A stretch of 34,072 nt of DNA from Candidatus Aminicenantes bacterium (lineage in GTDB: Bacteria; Acidobacteriota; Aminicenantia; Aminicenantales; Saccharicenantaceae): positions 1-34,072 of the forward strand of contig JAPKZE010000057.1 of NCBI GenBank assembly GCA_026393955.1. The letters run 5' to 3'. The translations under genes were made by a program, and so were the position numbers. The notes beneath the pieces were generated by a model. That model did not search any database, was not told the DNA's origin, and saw only the letters and a program-made list of their open reading frames with translations. Positions within the stretch are counted from its first letter, which is position 1; the number at the start of each line of letters is the position of its first letter. Below, one piece after another: positions 30,554 through 34,072 of this stretch.

Positions 30554-32995
30554 ATGAGAACCAAGAGCGGATTCACCGAACTCGCCCCGGACAAGCTGCG
30601 CTGGAACTGCTGCCCCGACCTCGTTCCCGTCGAGTCGAGCGCGGAGGTCAGCGCCTGCCAGGAGATCATCGGCCAGGAGCGGGCCCTGCGGGCCATCCAG
30701 ACGGGACTCGACATCAAGAGCCTCGGCTACAACATCTTCATCACCGGCATGGTCGGCACCGGGCGGACGACGACGGTCAAGCAGCTGCTCGACCAGCTCG
30801 AGAAGGGCGACAAGACGCCCGACGACATCCTCTACGTCAACAATTTCAAGAATCCCGACGAGCCCGTCCTGGTCATGCTCCCGGCCGGCCGGGGCAAGGA
30901 ATTCGGCCAGGCCATGGCCAAGCTCATCGACCTGCTCAAGACGAACATCCCCAGCCTCCTGAAGAGCCCGTACTATGCCGAGAAGAGGGACGGCGTCGTC
31001 GAGGCCCAGCAGAAAAAGCAGCGGGATCTCCTCCAGAGCTTCGAGGCGGAAGTGGCCGAACAGGGTTTCTCGGTCATCCAGGTCCAGATGGGCATGTTCA
31101 GCCGTCCCGACCTCATCCCCGTCATCGAGGGCCAGCCCATCCCCTTTCCCAAGATCGAAAGCCTGGTCAAAGAGAAGAAGCTCCCCAAGGAGACCTTGGA
31201 CGGCCTCCGGGAGAGGTACGGGAAGCTGACCTCGAAGCTCGAGGATATCTTCGAGCGCCTCAAAGAGATCGACGAGGAGACGCGGGCCCTGCTCCGGAGC
31301 TGGGACGAGGAGTCCATCACGCCCGTCATCAAGGGCGCCATCGACGAGGTCCGGGAGGTCTTCCTCTTCCCCAAGATCGGCGCCTACCTCGACGAGGTCG
31401 AGAGGGAGCTGGTCAAATCGCTGGACGCCTTCAAGGACCAGAAGAAGGAGGAGAAGGAGGCGGCGGAAGATTTCCTCGAGTACCGGGTCAACCTCCTGGT
31501 CGACAACTCGGACCAGAAGGGCGCTCCGGTCGTCATGGAGACCAACCCCAATTACGTCAACCTCTTCGGATCGATCGAGTCGTCCGTCAGCCGGGCCGGC
31601 ATGAGCCTGACGGATTTCACCATGATCAAGGCCGGGTCCTTCCTGAAGGCCAACGGCGGGTACCTCGTGGTCAACGCCCTCGACGCCCTCGTCGAGCCCG
31701 GCGTCTGGGCGACGCTGAAGCGGACCCTGCGCAACCAGATCTTCGAGATCCAGAACTACCTTCAGATGTACCTGTTCTCGAACGCCCGCCTCAAGCCGGA
31801 GCCCGTCCGGGCCGACGTCAAGGTGGTCATGATCGGCGACGCCGCCATCTTCAACCTCCTCTACTTCGCCGACGGGGACTTCAAGAAGATCTTCAAGATC
31901 AAGGCCGAGTTCGATGCGGAGATGGCCAAAGACGATAAGTCCTTCGCGGATTACGTCCGGTTCATCAAGAAGATCTGCGACGATGACGGACTGCTGCCGC
32001 TCGACAAGGAGGGCATCGGGGCCCTGATCGAGTACTCGACCCGTGTCGCCGGCCGCCAGGGGAAGCTGTCGACCCGCTTCCACGTCATCGCCGATGTCAT
32101 CCGCGAATCGAGCTACTGGGCGCACAAGGCCGATAAACCGGCCGTCGGGCGCGAGGACGTCGAGAAGGCCATCGCCGAGCGGTTCGAGCGGGTCAGCCTG
32201 ATCGAGGACAAGATCCAGGAGCTGATCGAGGAAGGGACCATCCTCATCGACACGGACGGGGCCGTCGTCGGGCAGGTCAACGGTCTGTCGGTCTACGATA
32301 TGGGCCAGTTCATGTTCGGCAAGCCGGCCCGCATCACCGCCCGGACGTCCATGGGCCGGGCCGGGGTCATCAACATCGAGCGCGAGGCCGACCTGAGCGG
32401 ACCGACGCACAACAAGGGCGTCCTGATCCTCGGGGGCTACCTGCGCGGCAAGTACGCCTCCCGGCGGCCGATGTCCCTGACCGCCTCGCTGGCCTTCGAG
32501 CAGTCCTACGGCGGCGTCGACGGCGACAGCGCCTCCTCGACGGAGGTCTACGCCCTTCTCTCGAGCCTCTCGGGCCTGCCGATCCGCCAGGACCTCGCCG
32601 TCACCGGGTCGCTCAGCCAGAGGGGCGAGATCCAGCCGATCGGCGGGGTCAACGAGAAGATCGAGGGCTTCTTCGACGTCTGCCGGGCCAAAGGGCTGAC
32701 GGGGACCCAGGGTGTCCTCATCCCCCACCGGAACGCCCGGAACCTCATGCTCCGGTCCGATGTCGTCGCCGCGGTCAAGGACGGGAAGTTCCACGTCTAT
32801 CCCGTGCGGACGATCGACGAAGGGATCGAGATCCTGACGGGCGTCGAAGCGGGGACGCCGGAAGCGGACGGCGGCTATCCCGAGGGCACGGTCCACGGCC
32901 TGGTCGACCGAGAGCTGCAGAGGCTGGCCAAGGGACTGGCGGCCTTCAACGCCCCCGGGGAGAAGGGCGAGAACCCGCCGGAGGGATCGAAGTAG
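30554..32995 (+). CDS. Lon-like (S16) protease with degenerate AAA+ module and long insertion (LonC-like)
   Basis: The C-terminal protease domain has the LonB-type Ser in GVDGDSASSTEV (Ser codon 32528-32530) and Lys in IGGVNEKIEGF. The N-terminal P-loop reads GMVGTGRTT (Arg codon 30764-30766). The Walker B-like strand reads GGYLVVNALDAL. About 300 aa of charged, helical sequence lies between them. Confidence 0.85.
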   Translation: MRTKSGFTELAPDKLRWNCCPDLVPVESSAEVSACQEIIGQERALRAIQTGLDIKSLGYNIFITGMVGTGRTTTVKQLLDQLEKGDKTPDDILYVNNFKNPDEPVLVMLPAGRGKEFGQAMAKLIDLLKTNIPSLLKSPYYAEKRDGVVEAQQKKQRDLLQSFEAEVAEQGFSVIQVQMGMFSRPDLIPVIEGQPIPFPKIESLVKEKKLPKETLDGLRERYGKLTSKLEDIFERLKEIDEETRALLRSWDEESITPVIKGAIDEVREVFLFPKIGAYLDEVERELVKSLDAFKDQKKEEKEAAEDFLEYRVNLLVDNSDQKGAPVVMETNPNYVNLFGSIESSVSRAGMSLTDFTMIKAGSFLKANGGYLVVNALDALVEPGVWATLKRTLRNQIFEIQNYLQMYLFSNARLKPEPVRADVKVVMIGDAAIFNLLYFADGDFKKIFKIKAEFDAEMAKDDKSFADYVRFIKKICDDDGLLPLDKEGIGALIEYSTRVAGRQGKLSTRFHVIADVIRESSYWAHKADKPAVGREDVEKAIAERFERVSLIEDKIQELIEEGTILIDTDGAVVGQVNGLSVYDMGQFMFGKPARITARTSMGRAGVINIEREADLSGPTHNKGVLILGGYLRGKYASRRPMSLTASLAFEQSYGGVDGDSASSTEVYALLSSLSGLPIRQDLAVTGSLSQRGEIQPIGGVNEKIEGFFDVCRAKGLTGTQGVLIPHRNARNLMLRSDVVAAVKDGKFHVYPVRTIDEGIEILTGVEAGTPEADGGYPEGTVHGLVDRELQRLAKGLAAFNAPGEKGENPPEGSK

Positions 32996-33736
32996 CTAAG
33001 CGGAGGCGTCCAGACCGGCCAGCTTCTTCAGCCGCTGGACCTCCGCCGTCCGGAGATAGCGCCACCGGCCGGGCCTGAGCTCGTCGAGGGTCAGGCCGGC
33101 GAAATCGGTCCGTACGAGGCCCGCGACCGGGAATCCGACCGCCTCGAAGAGCTTCCGGATCTCCCGCTTCCGGCCCTCGTGGATCTCCACCTTCAAGGTC
33201 GCGTGATGGTGGCTGCGGCGGACGATCTTGATCCGGGCCGGGGCCGATCGGCGCCCCTCGAGGAAGATGCCGTGCCGGACCTTGTCCAGGTCCTCCTCCC
33301 GGGGCTCGCCCTCGACCCGGACCTCGTAGACCTTGGTCACGCCATAGCGCGGGTGGGTCAGCCGGAGGGCCAGCTCGCCGTCGTTGGTGAGGAGCAGGAC
33401 CCCTTCCGTGTCGAGGTCGAGCCGCCCGACCGGATAGACGCGGGCCGGAAGGTGCTTGAGCAGGTCCAACACCGTCGGCCGCCCGAACGGGTCTTTGACG
33501 CTGACGACGCGGCCGGCCGGCTTGTTGAGGAGGATGTAGAGCGGCCGCTCCTCCTCGCCGCGGACCGGCTTTCCGTTCACCTGTACCCGGTCCTTGCCGG
33601 GATCGACCTTCTCGCCGAGCTCCAAGACGGCTTGGCTGTTGACGCTCACCCGGCCCTCGGCGATCCAGCGGTCGGCCTCCCGCCGCGAGCAGACGCCCGC
33701 GTGAGCGAGGAATTTATTCAGCCGGACGAGCGCCAT
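32996..33736 (-). CDS. rluB: RluB/RsuA-family 23S/16S rRNA pseudouridine synthase
   Basis: The S4 domain is RLNKFLAHAGVCSRREADRWIAEGRVSVN. The catalytic motif is VGRLDLDTEGVLLLTNDG. The ORF-track start at 33757 is TTG; the first ATG is at 33736. Confidence 0.88.
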   Translation of the reverse strand: MALVRLNKFLAHAGVCSRREADRWIAEGRVSVNSQAVLELGEKVDPGKDRVQVNGKPVRGEEERPLYILLNKPAGRVVSVKDPFGRPTVLDLLKHLPARVYPVGRLDLDTEGVLLLTNDGELALRLTHPRYGVTKVYEVRVEGEPREEDLDKVRHGIFLEGRRSAPARIKIVRRSHHHATLKVEIHEGRKREIRKLFEAVGFPVAGLVRTDFAGLTLDELRPGRWRYLRTAEVQRLKKLAGLDASA

Positions 33737-33804
33737 AACGGGCCTATTATAAACCAAGCCTGCGCGGATTCGTATACATAGGGTAGAATAGAGAAGGGTA
33801 ACTT

Positions 33805-34072
33805 ATGGCCAAACTGCAGTTCCGCGAATCCTTCACGATGGCCCTCATCTCCATCAAGTCCAACAAACTGCGCAGCTTCCTGACCCTCCTCGTCATCAAC
33901 ATCGGAGTCCTGACCATCATCGCCGTCGTCTCGGTGATCCAAGGGCTCAACAACTACGTCTATACGAAGATGTCCTTCTACGGGGCCAACGACTTCTCGG
34001 TGCAGAAGTTCTCCATGATGGGGACCTCCCTCAAGGATTTCCGCGAGCAGCTGAAGCGGAAGGACATCACCC
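33805..34072 (+). CDS. MacB/FtsX-type ABC transporter permease, N-terminal fragment (continues past the right edge)
   Basis: Absent from the ORF track because there is no stop. The ATG at 33805 follows GAGAAGGG and reads MAKLQFRESFTMALISIKSNKLRSFLTLLVINIGVLTIIAVVSVIQGLNNYV... This is the typical TM1 plus start of the periplasmic domain of MacB-like permeases. Confidence 0.7.
   Translation, partial: MAKLQFRESFTMALISIKSNKLRSFLTLLVINIGVLTIIAVVSVIQGLNNYVYTKMSFYGANDFSVQKFSMMGTSLKDFREQLKRKDIT

Noticed and set aside
1-34072. Scan for tRNA/rRNA genes, CRISPR repeat-spacer arrays, transposases, integrases, toxin-antitoxin pairs and known defence-system genes.
   Set aside because: No regularly spaced direct repeats, T-loop-like GGTTCGAATCC motifs, DDE or tyrosine-recombinase-like ORFs, or small paired ORFs were seen. 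The intergenic regions are too short apart from those described.

Overview
This is a high-GC (about two-thirds G+C by eye), very tightly packed 34-kb chromosomal segment from a diderm bacterium. I call 27 protein-coding genes, 2 of them cut by the window edges. I see no rRNA, tRNA, CRISPR array, transposase or integrase. All product calls come from motif recognition in the supplied translations; no database search was possible.

Layout: the right half (21.5-30.4 kb, minus strand) is a co-directional housekeeping and envelope array: GNAT-like, ribH, nusB, lysS, lolC/E, lolD, bamA, skp, fabZ. It is followed by a LonC-like protease, rluB and a MacB-type permease fragment. The left and middle parts look more accessory. 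They hold a lipoprotein fragment, an acidic ORFan, a signal-peptide creatininase-family protein, an HtrA protease, an SPFH protein, a histidine ammonia-lyase (HAL) homologue plus SDR operon divergent from SDR-type tdh, speE, a SpoIID/LytB protein with a large insert, a 1383-aa secreted protein with an M14 carboxypeptidase-like end, a sigma54 enhancer-binding response regulator, a multi-sensor diguanylate cyclase, and a LolA-like plus M48 protease pair.

Most worth a second look:
1. The HAL homologue encodes Ala-Cys-Gly where the MIO cofactor triad is normally Ala-Ser-Gly. It sits with an SDR rather than hut genes.
2. A perfect 24-bp inverted repeat fills the gap between the divergent HAL and tdh promoters.
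3. A 170-bp island of about 22% GC lies upstream of the diguanylate cyclase. It carries a near-consensus promoter, 7-7-7 palindromes and a 44-codon ORF.
4. The cyclase has a Cys-rich, DUF1638-like N-terminal domain.
5. The giant exoprotein has an internally duplicated DxDGxP module.
6. The Lon-like protease has Walker A Lys to Arg and a degenerate Walker B.
7. All five convergent gene junctions have 12 nt or less of spacer.

Long antisense ORFs in the track are treated as high-GC artefacts.
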